A DNA stretch of 64,000 nucleotides from Patescibacteria group bacterium (GTDB taxonomy: Bacteria; Patescibacteriota; Patescibacteriia; UBA9934): the NCBI GenBank assembly GCA_041660165.1, contig JBAZWW010000006.1, forward strand, positions 10,337 through 74,336, written 5' to 3'. Each line of letters begins with the position of its first letter. Within the stretch, counting starts at the first letter, position 1. The notes below the pieces were generated by a model. The model had not been told where the DNA came from, searched no databases, and saw only the letters and a program-made list of their open reading frames with translations. The position numbers were made by a program, and so were the translations under genes. Shown piece after piece: positions 17,547 to 27,829 of the stretch.

Positions 17547-19658
17547 TTACCAAGCAGAAAGTTCTGTTCCTTTTAAACCTACAAGATTCGTGCCAATGAT
17601 TCCTTCAAGCTTGCCGTGCGGGCCAAAGACTCGAACATTTCCCGACCCGCCAGCGGGCGCAACCACAATGTCATTCTGGCCATCCACGTCAATATCCGTA
17701 ACAGAGACTACGGCGCCGGTAGTCACGGTTTGCGAAGCGGCAATAAAATCTCCCCACAGCGAGCCAATCTTGTTAAAGGCGCGGATATGCTCTGATCCGC
17801 CGTTGCCCGGAGAGACCACAATCTCATCGCGAGAGTCTCCATCAAGGTCGCCAGCAGAAAGCGAGATGCCCGCGGTCATGTTTTGCGCATAGGCCAGGAA
17901 GGCCACAATGGCTTTGCCGTCATTATCATACACGGAAACGCGCGGTTCACCCGAACGGGGCGCCACCACAAACTCGGATTCAAAATCCTCATCAACATCC
18001 GCCAGGATGGCGGTCAATGGAATACCCGCCGAATACCCGCTTGCGGTAAAGCGAAATTTCTCAATTCCGTCGAGTCCGTACACTATTACGTCATCACTCA
18101 CGCCTGCACCAACTGAGGTCAGAATGTCCAGACTTTTGTCGCCATCCCAGTCGCCAAGCGCCACGCTCACGCCCGCGCGGGAGTCCGGATCATACGCCAT
18201 GAAGGACCTGATGAGCGCGCCCGAAGCTGTGAAGACGCGCACATTTGGCCCTCCGCCCGCGCCCGCGCCGGCCACAATTTCCGGAATTCCATCGCCATCA
18301 AGATCACCCACGGCAACATGAACACCGCCCAAGAAGGCGGGCGCATAAGCCATAAACTCCGCATACGGGGTTCCGTTGGCCTTATACACTCTGATGAGCG
18401 GAGGCTCTCCCTTCTTGGCGCCGAGAGCTATGAACGAGTAGGCCGAACGCGTGAGAAAATCGTCCGTGTTCGTGATGGGCTTCGCCGTTGGGACGGGCGT
18501 AGGTGCCGAAGCGATTGGCGGAGCGCCGTGCGAGAGGCCCCCGGCAACCGTGAGCGACTTGGCCACGTTCAATCGGCCAACGCCAAGCGCGCCACTACCG
18601 GAAACCGTTTGATAGATGGGATCGACTGAGAGTTTGATGGCGCTCCTTACTTCATTCGGCGTTAAGTCGGGGTAGACCGAAAGAATGAGCGCCACGGCTC
18701 CGGCCACCATCGGACTCGCTGCCGACGTGCCATCCCACAGCGATTGCGCATCAGAGAGACCAATGGAACCGTCGCTCAAACCAAGACCCTGGATGCCCGT
18801 TCCCGGGGCGCTCAAGTCCGCACAGTTACTGCCAAAATTTGTAAACTCCGTCTCCGTGTCATTCTCATCCGTGGCCGTCACGCCAATCACCCAGTCTTCA
18901 ATGTCGCTCCTGTAGCAGGCGGGATAGACCGGGGCAATATTCACGTCCCGGCCATCATTTCCAAGAGCGGCTACAATCACCACGCCGGCGTTATGCGCAT
19001 TTTCCACGGCGTTCTTCAGTGCCGGTCCGGATTCATCGCCCACAAAACTCAAATTGATTACCTTGGCCCCGTTTTTAACTGCGTAGTTAATGGCTGCTGT
19101 GGCTTCCCCCTCTCCCCCAGCGCCTGCTTCATCCAAAATACGCAAGGGCATTATTTTGGCATGCCAATCAATGCCCGCATAACCAATGGCGTTGTTTGTT
19201 TGCGCCCCAATGATGCCGGCAATGAGCGTGCCATGGGACAAAGCCGCGTCTGAAGCATTCGGCGCCAGTCCCCCACCAGTAGGCGTAGGGTCATTATCAT
19301 CATCAACAAAATCCCAACCGTTCACATCATCAATATAACCGTTGCCGTCATCATCAGCTCCGTTCCCCGGTATTTCTTTCGAGTTCTTCCACAAATTGCC
19401 GACAAGGTCAGGATGATCAAGATCAACCCCGGTATCGAGTACCGCCACAATCACGCCCGCACCTTCTGAGGTGTCCCAGGCGCTTGGCGCTTGAATCTTA
19501 TCTAAATACCATTGATCAGAAAAAAACGGATCATTCGGCGTCCTGGCAAAAACCGGCAAAGCTGTTGAAAGAAAAACCGTTCCCACGGCTATCACCGCGG
19601 AAAACTTCCGGAGAGAGGGCATATGGGGGAAGTATACCTGAAATAGGTTATAACCCAC
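17547..19658 (-). CDS. Secreted subtilisin-like serine protease (S8) with C-terminal FG-GAP/VCBS repeats
   Basis: 703 aa; signal peptide; Asp (VLDTGVDLDHPDL), His (HGTLIAGIIGA), Ser (GTSAASPMVAGAVALI) triad motifs; four DGDG-containing FG-GAP-like repeats (VGDLDGDGIPEIV, LGDWDGDKSLDIL, AGDLDGDSRDEIVV, TDIDVDGQNDIVV). Confidence 0.85.
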   Translation of the reverse strand: MGYNLFQVYFPHMPSLRKFSAVIAVGTVFLSTALPVFARTPNDPFFSDQWYLDKIQAPSAWDTSEGAGVIVAVLDTGVDLDHPDLVGNLWKNSKEIPGNGADDDGNGYIDDVNGWDFVDDDNDPTPTGGGLAPNASDAALSHGTLIAGIIGAQTNNAIGYAGIDWHAKIMPLRILDEAGAGGEGEATAAINYAVKNGAKVINLSFVGDESGPALKNAVENAHNAGVVIVAALGNDGRDVNIAPVYPACYRSDIEDWVIGVTATDENDTETEFTNFGSNCADLSAPGTGIQGLGLSDGSIGLSDAQSLWDGTSAASPMVAGAVALILSVYPDLTPNEVRSAIKLSVDPIYQTVSGSGALGVGRLNVAKSLTVAGGLSHGAPPIASAPTPVPTAKPITNTDDFLTRSAYSFIALGAKKGEPPLIRVYKANGTPYAEFMAYAPAFLGGVHVAVGDLDGDGIPEIVAGAGAGGGPNVRVFTASGALIRSFMAYDPDSRAGVSVALGDWDGDKSLDILTSVGAGVSDDVIVYGLDGIEKFRFTASGYSAGIPLTAILADVDEDFESEFVVAPRSGEPRVSVYDNDGKAIVAFLAYAQNMTAGISLSAGDLDGDSRDEIVVSPGNGGSEHIRAFNKIGSLWGDFIAASQTVTTGAVVSVTDIDVDGQNDIVVAPAGGSGNVRVFGPHGKLEGIIGTNLVGLKGTELSAW

Positions 19659-19664
19659 TCTCTC

Positions 19665-20387
19665 TTACTTACACGTCCCTTCTATTGTCTGAAGCTCCTC
19701 TCCAATAGACGTATTCTTAGGCGAAAGTGATTGCGCTACTTTGAAGTGCTCAATGGCTGACTGACAGTCGCCATGTACGTTATACCAACGGCCGAGCATG
19801 ACCATGTTCCAAGAGGTCTGGCCTTTGGTGGACAGAGCGAGCTCAAGCACGGCCTTGATCTTATCTTGCTCGCCGGCAAAATGCGCTTCAAGGATGTTCA
19901 CCTCATCAATGTAAAACTTTTCCGGGCCCTTCCCTGCACTCACGTCCAGCGCCTTCTCGTAGGATGCTCGAGCGTTCTTAAAATCGCCCATGGCTTCAAG
20001 AACTGATCCCAAGTTATTCCAAGCGCCGTAGTTAATCGGGTTAGCCTTCAGCTCGGCGTCTAGAGCTTCTTTTGACACAGCCAGCCAACCCAAAGAGTAG
20101 GCGTTGGAGCTGATGGATGCGTAAAGGTTCAGATCAACCTCCTTGCCAGCAAGTTTGGCCGCGTTTACGGATGCTTGGTCAGTCTTGATCTGGTTTTCAA
20201 GGTAGGCGCGAGTAGCGTCATCTATCTGCACGTCAAGGCGCGTGGTCAGTCCCCGGTACTTGGCCGAGGGGCCAAATTGGAGCCAACCTCCGTACAGAAT
20301 TGCCACCAAGCACACAAGTACCAAAACACCACCAATCATCTTTTCTCTAGAGAAAGCCATATGGGGGAAAGTATAGAAAAAGTCCAT
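19665..20387 (-). CDS. Membrane-anchored tetratricopeptide-repeat protein
   Basis: 240 aa; N-terminal TM helix; TPR-like helices (AWNNLGSVLEAMGDFKNARASYEKAL). Confidence 0.6.
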   Translation of the reverse strand: MDFFYTFPHMAFSREKMIGGVLVLVCLVAILYGGWLQFGPSAKYRGLTTRLDVQIDDATRAYLENQIKTDQASVNAAKLAGKEVDLNLYASISSNAYSLGWLAVSKEALDAELKANPINYGAWNNLGSVLEAMGDFKNARASYEKALDVSAGKGPEKFYIDEVNILEAHFAGEQDKIKAVLELALSTKGQTSWNMVMLGRWYNVHGDCQSAIEHFKVAQSLSPKNTSIGEELQTIEGTCK

Positions 20388-20473
20388 AAAATAAGCAATA
20401 CCGCCAACCTGCTTGCGCTATGTCCTCCAAATCGTTGGAGGGGCAAACAAGGGGCGGTATTTCGTGCCAGACG

Positions 20474-23122
20474 TCAGAACGACGCCCGGCTAAACCAAAG
20501 GTGTGTCAGACTGCCAGAACCTGTCCAGCGTCCGGTGCAGATGATCAGATCAAGCGCCGTCTGCGCCGACCCCGTCGTAAACCCACCCACCACGCGCACC
20601 TCGCTGTTGGCAGACGGAGCCTCTTGCTCATTCCACAGCGTGCTGGAGGGAGTCCAGCTGGCTCCGTTGTACACCTGTACGAAGTTTCCTACAGCGGAAC
20701 TCGCATTACGGACCACGAAGCTGAATCCGTACTTGGTGCTCGGTAGAACCACCAGGCTCTTGAGCGAGACGCACTCCGTGGCGCCGAAACCTGGAGAAGC
20801 CGGCACAAGCACCCCGAGCGCGTTTACGGAGAGGCCGGTCAAACCGCCCGCCACCGTACCCGCATAGGGAGCAACCGTGAGCGCGGTGGATGTGTACCCG
20901 GAAGCCGAGTAATGCACGACCCAGTTACCCCTGGTTCCACCCGGGAAGTAGGACGACTCTGCCCCGAACTGGCTCTCAATGAGGTTTGGTCCAGTGTAGG
21001 TCACTGGACCAGCATCGGAGGTTGCACCCCCGTACGCCAAACCATCATCCATCGCCTTGCCGTTGCAATCGTCATCCCACACACTCGCTGGCCGCTCAGC
21101 CACGCCGGGGTTCACCGCCGCCAGACTGTCGTTACAGTCGCCGGCCACCGCCACGTATCCCGCTGGTTGTGAACAGGCGGTGACGTTCTTGGTTGCGTCC
21201 CCATACGTATCGGTATCAAGGTCTGCGTAGTACGCAGTAGCACCGACGCCATCGTCAATCAGCACATTGCAGTTGTCATCCTTCCCGTTGCACGTCTCTA
21301 CGGCCCCGGGGTGAATGAGATTCGTGGTGTCATCGCAGTCAGAACTATTGGTCGAGTATCCCGTTGGCACGGAGCACGCGTCCTTTGTCCCGAGCGGGGT
21401 ACCGTACGTGTCATTGTCGTTGTCCACGTAGTACGTGATCTTCACGCCTTCGTCAGTTCCACCTGCGCAGTTGTCGTCTTTCCCGTTACAAACTTCCGTC
21501 TGCCCGGGATACACGAACTTGTCGCTGTCAAGGCAATCCGTAGGATCAAGCACATACCCCGCGGGAGGCGAACACTGGACGGCTGACTTGGTGATGTCAC
21601 CGTAGCCGTCCTTGTCACTGTCCGCATAGTACGTATTACTGCCAATGGCCCCGTTGTCCACGGCGCCATCACAGTTATCATCCTTCCCGTTGCAGACTTC
21701 CGTGCCCGTGGGACTCACGCTCACATTGGCGTCATCGCAGTCCGTGGAAGTGGACACATACCCGGCTGGCGCCAGGCACGCTTTGGTCGAGGTAGAACCC
21801 CCGTACCCATCTTTGTCCGCATCCTGGTACCACGTTTTCGCATCTACCGCACCAATGTCAGTCGTGCCATCGCAGTTGTCGTCCTTGCCGTTGCAAGTTT
21901 CAACCGCGCCCGGAAACACGAGTTTGTCCGTATCATTGCAGTCGCTCTCATTGGCCACGTACCCAGCCGGCGGAGTGCAGGCTTCCGTAGAAGTCCCGCC
22001 CCCGAACCCGTCCGTATCTGCGTCCTTGTAGAACGTCAGCAACACGCCTTCGTCAATGACGCTGTTACAATCGTCATCCCGATCGTTGCAGACCTCGCTG
22101 GCACCAGGGTTCACCGTGGCCCGCGCGTCGTCGCAATCCCCGCTCTGAAGCACGTAGCCCGCAGGCGCGGAACATGCCTCCTTGGCCGGGCCAGATCCGT
22201 AACCGTCCTGATCCGCGTCTTGGTAATAGGCGGTCAAGACGCCATTATCGATTCCACCGACGCAGTCATTGTCCGTCCCGTCGCACACCTCTGTGGCGCC
22301 GGGATTCACTGCAAAGTTGGAATCATCGCATTCCTGGCAAGCAAAGTAGCCATCGCCGTCATTGTCCGTAGCCCCGTACGAGCCATCGCAATTCAGATCT
22401 ACGAAGTCCGTACAGGTCTCAACCGCACCGGGATGAACAGTGTAATCACCGTCATCGCAGTCCTCGTTGTTCGTTGCATAACCGTCCGGCAACTTACAGG
22501 CCATGACCGTCCTGTCGGCCCGTCCGTAGCCGTCTTTGTCCGAGTCCTTGTAGAACTCGTCCTGGCCGGCCACGCCCGTGTCCGCGTCATCCGTCAGCTC
22601 ATCACAGTCGTCGTCAAACCCGTTACAGGTTTCAACGGCGTCCGGATGAATGGCTGAATTGTCATCATTGCAGTCAACGTCGGCGCTGTAACCGTCCTCG
22701 TCTGCATCGATGATTTCGATCTCGCCATCTTTCCCGTCACAGTCCTCGTCAATCCCGTTTCCGGGAACCTCGACCGCGTCAGGATTGATATCCGGGTCCG
22801 CGTCATCGCAATCGCTCGCGTTCTGCACGAGTCCGGCCATGACGAGCGCGTCGCAACCCTCAAAATACGATGCGCTGTCGCCGAAACCATCGCCGTCTAC
22901 GTCCGAATACCAGAGCAAGCGCGGAACCGCTTCGTCTGGCTGTCCGTCACAATCCTCATCCACCCCGTTGCACGGAATCTCTTCCGCGCCCGGGTTGATG
23001 TCCGCGTTGTCGTCATTGCAATCCTCATAGCTCCAGAAGCCGTCGCCGTCCGCGTCCACCAGCGGGTGGCGCCCAACACAGCCGGCAAGCAACAGAAGAA
23101 CTGAACACGTAAAAGAACGCAT
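20474..23122 (-). CDS. Secreted/lipoprotein-like protein with ~10 tandem MopE-type putative metal-binding repeats
   Basis: 882 aa; signal peptide with LLLLAGC; ~70-aa repeat YxDxDxDGYG...AC..P.GYV....DC.D......PG..E.CNG.DDNCDG..D.G, iterated; non-repetitive ~280-aa C-terminal domain. Confidence 0.75.
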   Translation of the reverse strand: MRSFTCSVLLLLAGCVGRHPLVDADGDGFWSYEDCNDDNADINPGAEEIPCNGVDEDCDGQPDEAVPRLLWYSDVDGDGFGDSASYFEGCDALVMAGLVQNASDCDDADPDINPDAVEVPGNGIDEDCDGKDGEIEIIDADEDGYSADVDCNDDNSAIHPDAVETCNGFDDDCDELTDDADTGVAGQDEFYKDSDKDGYGRADRTVMACKLPDGYATNNEDCDDGDYTVHPGAVETCTDFVDLNCDGSYGATDNDGDGYFACQECDDSNFAVNPGATEVCDGTDNDCVGGIDNGVLTAYYQDADQDGYGSGPAKEACSAPAGYVLQSGDCDDARATVNPGASEVCNDRDDDCNSVIDEGVLLTFYKDADTDGFGGGTSTEACTPPAGYVANESDCNDTDKLVFPGAVETCNGKDDNCDGTTDIGAVDAKTWYQDADKDGYGGSTSTKACLAPAGYVSTSTDCDDANVSVSPTGTEVCNGKDDNCDGAVDNGAIGSNTYYADSDKDGYGDITKSAVQCSPPAGYVLDPTDCLDSDKFVYPGQTEVCNGKDDNCAGGTDEGVKITYYVDNDNDTYGTPLGTKDACSVPTGYSTNSSDCDDTTNLIHPGAVETCNGKDDNCNVLIDDGVGATAYYADLDTDTYGDATKNVTACSQPAGYVAVAGDCNDSLAAVNPGVAERPASVWDDDCNGKAMDDGLAYGGATSDAGPVTYTGPNLIESQFGAESSYFPGGTRGNWVVHYSASGYTSTALTVAPYAGTVAGGLTGLSVNALGVLVPASPGFGATECVSLKSLVVLPSTKYGFSFVVRNASSAVGNFVQVYNGASWTPSSTLWNEQEAPSANSEVRVVGGFTTGSAQTALDLIICTGRWTGSGSLTHLWFSRASF

Positions 23123-23404
23123 TGAAGCACCCCTAAAAAGGCCCCCTAAAATTAGCCCAAAAACGGGGCTTCGTCAATAAATACCGGTCCAATCTCCGAG
23201 CTGAGGATGAAGAGGAGAGAGAGGAACGAATGAGAAAATTCTTTAAAGAATTGATTCCATCCTCTCTCTCCTCTCCATCCTCAGTCGACGGCGCTTAGTT
23301 ACAAAACCAAACTCCCTCACACCTTTCGGCATGAGGGAGCTGGTAGACCCGTCGAACGGGTCTAGGGCTGAGAACCTTTCGGCTGTCAGGCAGGCAAGCG
23401 AGTC

Positions 23405-26400
23405 TTAGAAGACCAGCGTACCGCCGTTGACCGTCAAGTTATCAACCAAGTAGGAACCCCAGAAATCATCAACGCTACCAGTAACGCCCGTTACGCCGTC
23501 ATCCTTCCAGACCAATGAGCTTGGCATGCGGAGGATAGCGTCGTTAACGCTTACGTTGGCTGCGATGGCGTGCAACGTGTTCAGGTAACCGCGGACAACC
23601 GAGATGGTGTCAGTGGCGACCAAGGTCACGAGCATAGCTTCGTCACCAGAGGAGAACAAGCTATTGTCATCTACGTCGAGAACCAGGATATCACCCACTG
23701 TGTACGAGGCTCCAAGACCACCGTCTACGTCAAAGCTTGTGGCTGTAGCTGCAAGTGATGCAGTAGCCATACCGGCGTCGTTGACTACGAGGTACGTGGA
23801 GTTAATCGGATCAGTTGGGAGATCTACGCGGATGGAGTCATCCGAGCTTGAGCTTGCGCCAGTTGTATCAATGTACAAGGCGAAGGTCTGAGAAACGCCC
23901 TTTGGCACGATTTCAACCGATGGGAGAGTGATACGAGCAAAGCCCACTGAAGCTTCAGTCGTGTCACAAACTGCACCGGACGCCTTCATGAGGGTCCAAT
24001 CAGCATCAGCCGTATCCAACGTGGTGGAAGTTCCATCCGTGGTCAGGTTGTAGAGATCGAAGTCAGACGTGCGCATTTCGCCAAGGTCCTGATCCGTGTC
24101 ACAAGCGTTCCAAGAGGCAGTTGCGATTGGCGCGTTGTCCGTGGTGCTGAGCTTGAAGATAAGCTCCTGGAGCACAACGTCTTCGTTTGCGGAAGCAGCT
24201 ACGTTGAAGCGCAAAACCTCTGAACGGCCCACCACTGCGCTACCCGATGGGGATGAAGCGCTGAGCGTGATGGTTGGCTTTGTTTCCTTCACCACGAAGG
24301 TGGCTACACCGTCCGTGGAGAATGGATCATTACCAACTGCAGCCTGGTCATCATCATCAAGCGTAGCACCTGAGCCAGCGCCGACGATCTTATAGTTGTC
24401 GTCATTCGTGGTGTCAACGAAGAGACCCATGCGGATCCTTTCATTTGACGTGGCAGAGCCACCGGAATCACGGTCAGTTCCCGGAACGTTCACGTATACC
24501 TTTACATCCTTAGGAGTACCGGTTGGGACGTACATGAGCAGGCTTGAGAACTTAGCCTCATTGCCTGACATGCCCGTAGTAGCCGTACCCGTTGTGCCGT
24601 CAGCCTTAGGATAGGTGATGGTCACAAGTGAGATGTTGTTAGCGTAGGTGCTCTCGTTGGTGTTCGTCGTTACGCCGACGCCGTTTGTGTCATCTTCGGC
24701 CTGCTCTTCAGAGAAGGTCAAAGTCTGCACGTTAAAGGCTTCGTTCGTAGCGGTGAAGCGGTACGTAGCTACCTGGTTGTTGTTGCTTCCGTCAAGCACA
24801 AAGTCAGCGCTTGGCGTATCTGCGCCTACAGCCACTGCCAATGTACCAGAGTCAGCAAGCGTTACGAAGCGAGTAGCCGCAGTAGCCGTTGCACCCGCGG
24901 TGAGATCACCGTTCAGGTCGCTACCCGTTACCGTAAACGTATCGCCGGAAGAATCTTCCGCAACCACATCAGTGGAAGCATCCTCAATGTCAAACGCGAA
25001 GTACGCGCTTCCGGAAGTAGAAGTGTTGGCAAAGTTACACTTCGCGGTCAACTGCTTCACGGAGCCGTGTGCAAGCGTCCAACGGATGGTGTCAAACCTG
25101 ACGGTCTGTCCGTTCGTGCTTGGAGCCTCAGGGCCGGCCAAGAGCGTGGTGCCGTCATAGAGTGAGCAAGATTCAACGTAGTCGTTGATATCTGATGCCG
25201 TTTCTCCACCAGAGGTCATGGAGGCGTTTGCCGCGTCATCACCGTATGCGTTCAAGGTGAAGTCCGTGACCGTCACGTCAGAAGCATCGCCAGCCGTAGC
25301 CGTGAAGCCAATGACAGAAACGTTCTGCGTACCGTCAACCGTGGTCACGCTGGAAGGCGTGCTGGCCAAGGCAAAGGCCAAGGTAGCGGCACGGGCAACC
25401 TGGTTGTAACCAGTCATGTCTGATCCCGGAACGATATCTGAAGTGGCCAAGGCATCACCGTTGGAATCTTCCGTGGTCAAGCCACTGATGTCGAAGATGG
25501 CGGCAACTGCCGTAGCGGAAGCGATACCGTTGTCAATATCCGCAGTGACAGCCAAATTGATGGTTTCACCTGCGTTTGCTGACCAATCATCAGTGAAGTC
25601 AATGGTCTGGCGGGCATCATTTGTGCCATCAGCGCCACAAACCAACGTTACGCAGTCAAGCTCCATCGGACCCATGACCACAGCTCCGGTGTCGGAGTTA
25701 ATGATCTTGATGTCCTTAAGGTTTCCTTCTGCGCCCGTGTTGATAAGACCTGCGGTGTCATCTGAAGAATCATCACCGGTATCGGTAGCATCACCATCAG
25801 CGTCGTCATCGGCGCCAACAATAATGTCCATATCCTTAATAGTGACGAACTGGGAAGCTGTCATGGAAAACTTCAGGAGAACCTGATCCTGGGAATCCGT
25901 CTGGATGTCTCCAGCAGACGGGCCATTGAAAGCAAACGTCAGTTTGCCTCCCTTAACCGTGCTCCAGGAGCACTTGCCAGAAGCGGACGTACAGGTTGTA
26001 CCGTCATAGGTACCGGAGGTACCCGTGTCAACGGAGAGTCCAAAGCCGAAGTCACCGCCAATGGCGATCACGTCAACATCATTGTCAATGAAGACATGGA
26101 CTTCATCATTTGCCTGACCGCCAACGTCTGCAGTAACGGAGAAGATGTTATTTCCACCTTCTGCGATTGCAAACGGATGAGCGGAGAGATCAAACAATAC
26201 TGCATCACCAGACGTGTTCACGCCCTGTGCCACGAGGACGGTGCCGTCCCAAAGGCGGTAATCAGCGTGATCAGCTGCATTATCAATCTTGAGCGTGACG
26301 CTCGTGACGGATGCAGACTCAGAACCGTTAGCAGCTATCTTGAATTCACCAATCTTGGCGTCCTGCTGGCCAATCGTCGGGCTGGAAATGGTTCCAGTCT

Positions 26401-27610
26401 TTGTGATGAGCAACGTGCCTGCATCAGAACCGGTGAAGGTAAAGATGTTGCCCGTGATTGGGAAGGAACCGGAAACCGCGCCTCCTGACACAACGTCAGC
26501 AGCGGCGGTGATCTTGAAACCAATGGTATCAGCGGCTACCTGGGAGGTGGAAGTGGTGATGCGCACCGTGTAGGTGTGCGTTGCACCGGCCGCGATAGCC
26601 TTGTTCAAGTTGTTGAAGGAAACCTGGCGAGTGGAAGAGTTCACCGTGCGGGACTCCGTCAAACGCGTGCTGCCCTCATAGAGGTACGTGTTGCTGATGT
26701 TGTTGGTGGAACCAGCTCCAATCATGGAGAGGGTTACGCCATTGAACGTAGCAGCTTCCGTACCTGCCTTCACCGTGAAGCGGAAAGCCTCAACAGCGTT
26801 GGCGCCACCCGGGAGGGAAGCACCGGCGGGCATGGAGGAAGCAGCGGAGACCGTGAGGCCACCCGTTGTTACACCAGAACCCGATTCTGTCTGAGCGCCA
26901 TCAACCACGGAGAGTTCCTTGATTGTGAGGTCAGTACCTGCGGTAAGAGCGGCGTCATCAACTCCGGATCCATCCATGACGAACATGGTGTTAAATCCGT
27001 TAGCTGAGAAACCAGCCGTGGAAACCAAGCGCTTTGCACCATCCCACGCGAGATAGGTGTTGCCGGCCTTGGAGTACAACATACCGTTATACGCCGTGGA
27101 GGTCATGAGTGACGTACCAACGGTGTAATCCGTGAAGAACACATCTGGGACGTCAGTGATACGCTGATTCCAGTCGGAACCTGCGTAACCAACTGCTACG
27201 GCCTCAGATTCAATCCAATGCATCATACCGTTGCGAGCAACGGCGTATACCTTTGGATCTGAAGTCACCTTTACCCAATACGTACCCGGGCGCATTTCTA
27301 CGTTACCACCAAGGGTGATATCGGAGATCGTGCTGTCAGAAACCGTCATGACATGGCTGAAATCCGGAGCTCCGGAGGCAGTCATGTACCAAGACTTATA
27401 GGTGCTCACGTTTGGAAACGTGTAGCGCATACCATCGTAACCGTAGTAGTAGACCGTTGAGAGCGAAGCGCTCCTAATCAGGTCTCCAGCGGAGGCTGCT
27501 TGTGTCGTACCAGGGTTCACGAGAACGCCAGCACCGATAGAGAAAGCGATCGTGGCCGCAGCTACTGCTGCGGAAAGCGCGCGCTTACCCGTGTCTAGAA
27601 CATGTTGCAT
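23405..27610 (-). CDS. Giant secreted cell-surface protein (1401 aa; T/S/G/A/D-rich, Ig-like/beta-rich repeats)
   Basis: Signal peptide MQHVLDTGKRALSAAVAAATIAFSIGAGVLVNPGTTQAASA; long low-complexity beta-strand-rich sequence. Confidence 0.7.
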   Translation of the reverse strand: MQHVLDTGKRALSAAVAAATIAFSIGAGVLVNPGTTQAASAGDLIRSASLSTVYYYGYDGMRYTFPNVSTYKSWYMTASGAPDFSHVMTVSDSTISDITLGGNVEMRPGTYWVKVTSDPKVYAVARNGMMHWIESEAVAVGYAGSDWNQRITDVPDVFFTDYTVGTSLMTSTAYNGMLYSKAGNTYLAWDGAKRLVSTAGFSANGFNTMFVMDGSGVDDAALTAGTDLTIKELSVVDGAQTESGSGVTTGGLTVSAASSMPAGASLPGGANAVEAFRFTVKAGTEAATFNGVTLSMIGAGSTNNISNTYLYEGSTRLTESRTVNSSTRQVSFNNLNKAIAAGATHTYTVRITTSTSQVAADTIGFKITAAADVVSGGAVSGSFPITGNIFTFTGSDAGTLLITKTGTISSPTIGQQDAKIGEFKIAANGSESASVTSVTLKIDNAADHADYRLWDGTVLVAQGVNTSGDAVLFDLSAHPFAIAEGGNNIFSVTADVGGQANDEVHVFIDNDVDVIAIGGDFGFGLSVDTGTSGTYDGTTCTSASGKCSWSTVKGGKLTFAFNGPSAGDIQTDSQDQVLLKFSMTASQFVTIKDMDIIVGADDDADGDATDTGDDSSDDTAGLINTGAEGNLKDIKIINSDTGAVVMGPMELDCVTLVCGADGTNDARQTIDFTDDWSANAGETINLAVTADIDNGIASATAVAAIFDISGLTTEDSNGDALATSDIVPGSDMTGYNQVARAATLAFALASTPSSVTTVDGTQNVSVIGFTATAGDASDVTVTDFTLNAYGDDAANASMTSGGETASDINDYVESCSLYDGTTLLAGPEAPSTNGQTVRFDTIRWTLAHGSVKQLTAKCNFANTSTSGSAYFAFDIEDASTDVVAEDSSGDTFTVTGSDLNGDLTAGATATAATRFVTLADSGTLAVAVGADTPSADFVLDGSNNNQVATYRFTATNEAFNVQTLTFSEEQAEDDTNGVGVTTNTNESTYANNISLVTITYPKADGTTGTATTGMSGNEAKFSSLLMYVPTGTPKDVKVYVNVPGTDRDSGGSATSNERIRMGLFVDTTNDDNYKIVGAGSGATLDDDDQAAVGNDPFSTDGVATFVVKETKPTITLSASSPSGSAVVGRSEVLRFNVAASANEDVVLQELIFKLSTTDNAPIATASWNACDTDQDLGEMRTSDFDLYNLTTDGTSTTLDTADADWTLMKASGAVCDTTEASVGFARITLPSVEIVPKGVSQTFALYIDTTGASSSSDDSIRVDLPTDPINSTYLVVNDAGMATASLAATATSFDVDGGLGASYTVGDILVLDVDDNSLFSSGDEAMLVTLVATDTISVVRGYLNTLHAIAANVSVNDAILRMPSSLVWKDDGVTGVTGSVDDFWGSYLVDNLTVNGGTLVF

Positions 27611-27803
27611 AAATTTACCTAATCCTTTTTATCCCCGTAAAGGGGTAAAGAATAGAGGCAATCACCAGACCATGCGGTCTCGACCTTTGAAAGTGTTACC
27701 CGGGACGCGATAACGCGATCCCTTTCCGAGAGACGTCTGTGGGACATCTCCCGTGAAGGAAGTGGGTTATGAGGTGGGTTATTGAGTAGGTTATGGAGTG
27801 GGT

Positions 27804-27829
27804 TAGACCCTGACGCTAGGAAGGGTCTA
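27804..27829. repeat. Family-1 hairpin element (TAGACCCT-GACGCTAGGA-AGGGTCTA) containing the anti-sigma gene stop codon in its loop
   Basis: 8-bp stem; loop variant GACGCTAGGA; followed by GAGGTG as at 2103. Confidence 0.6.
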
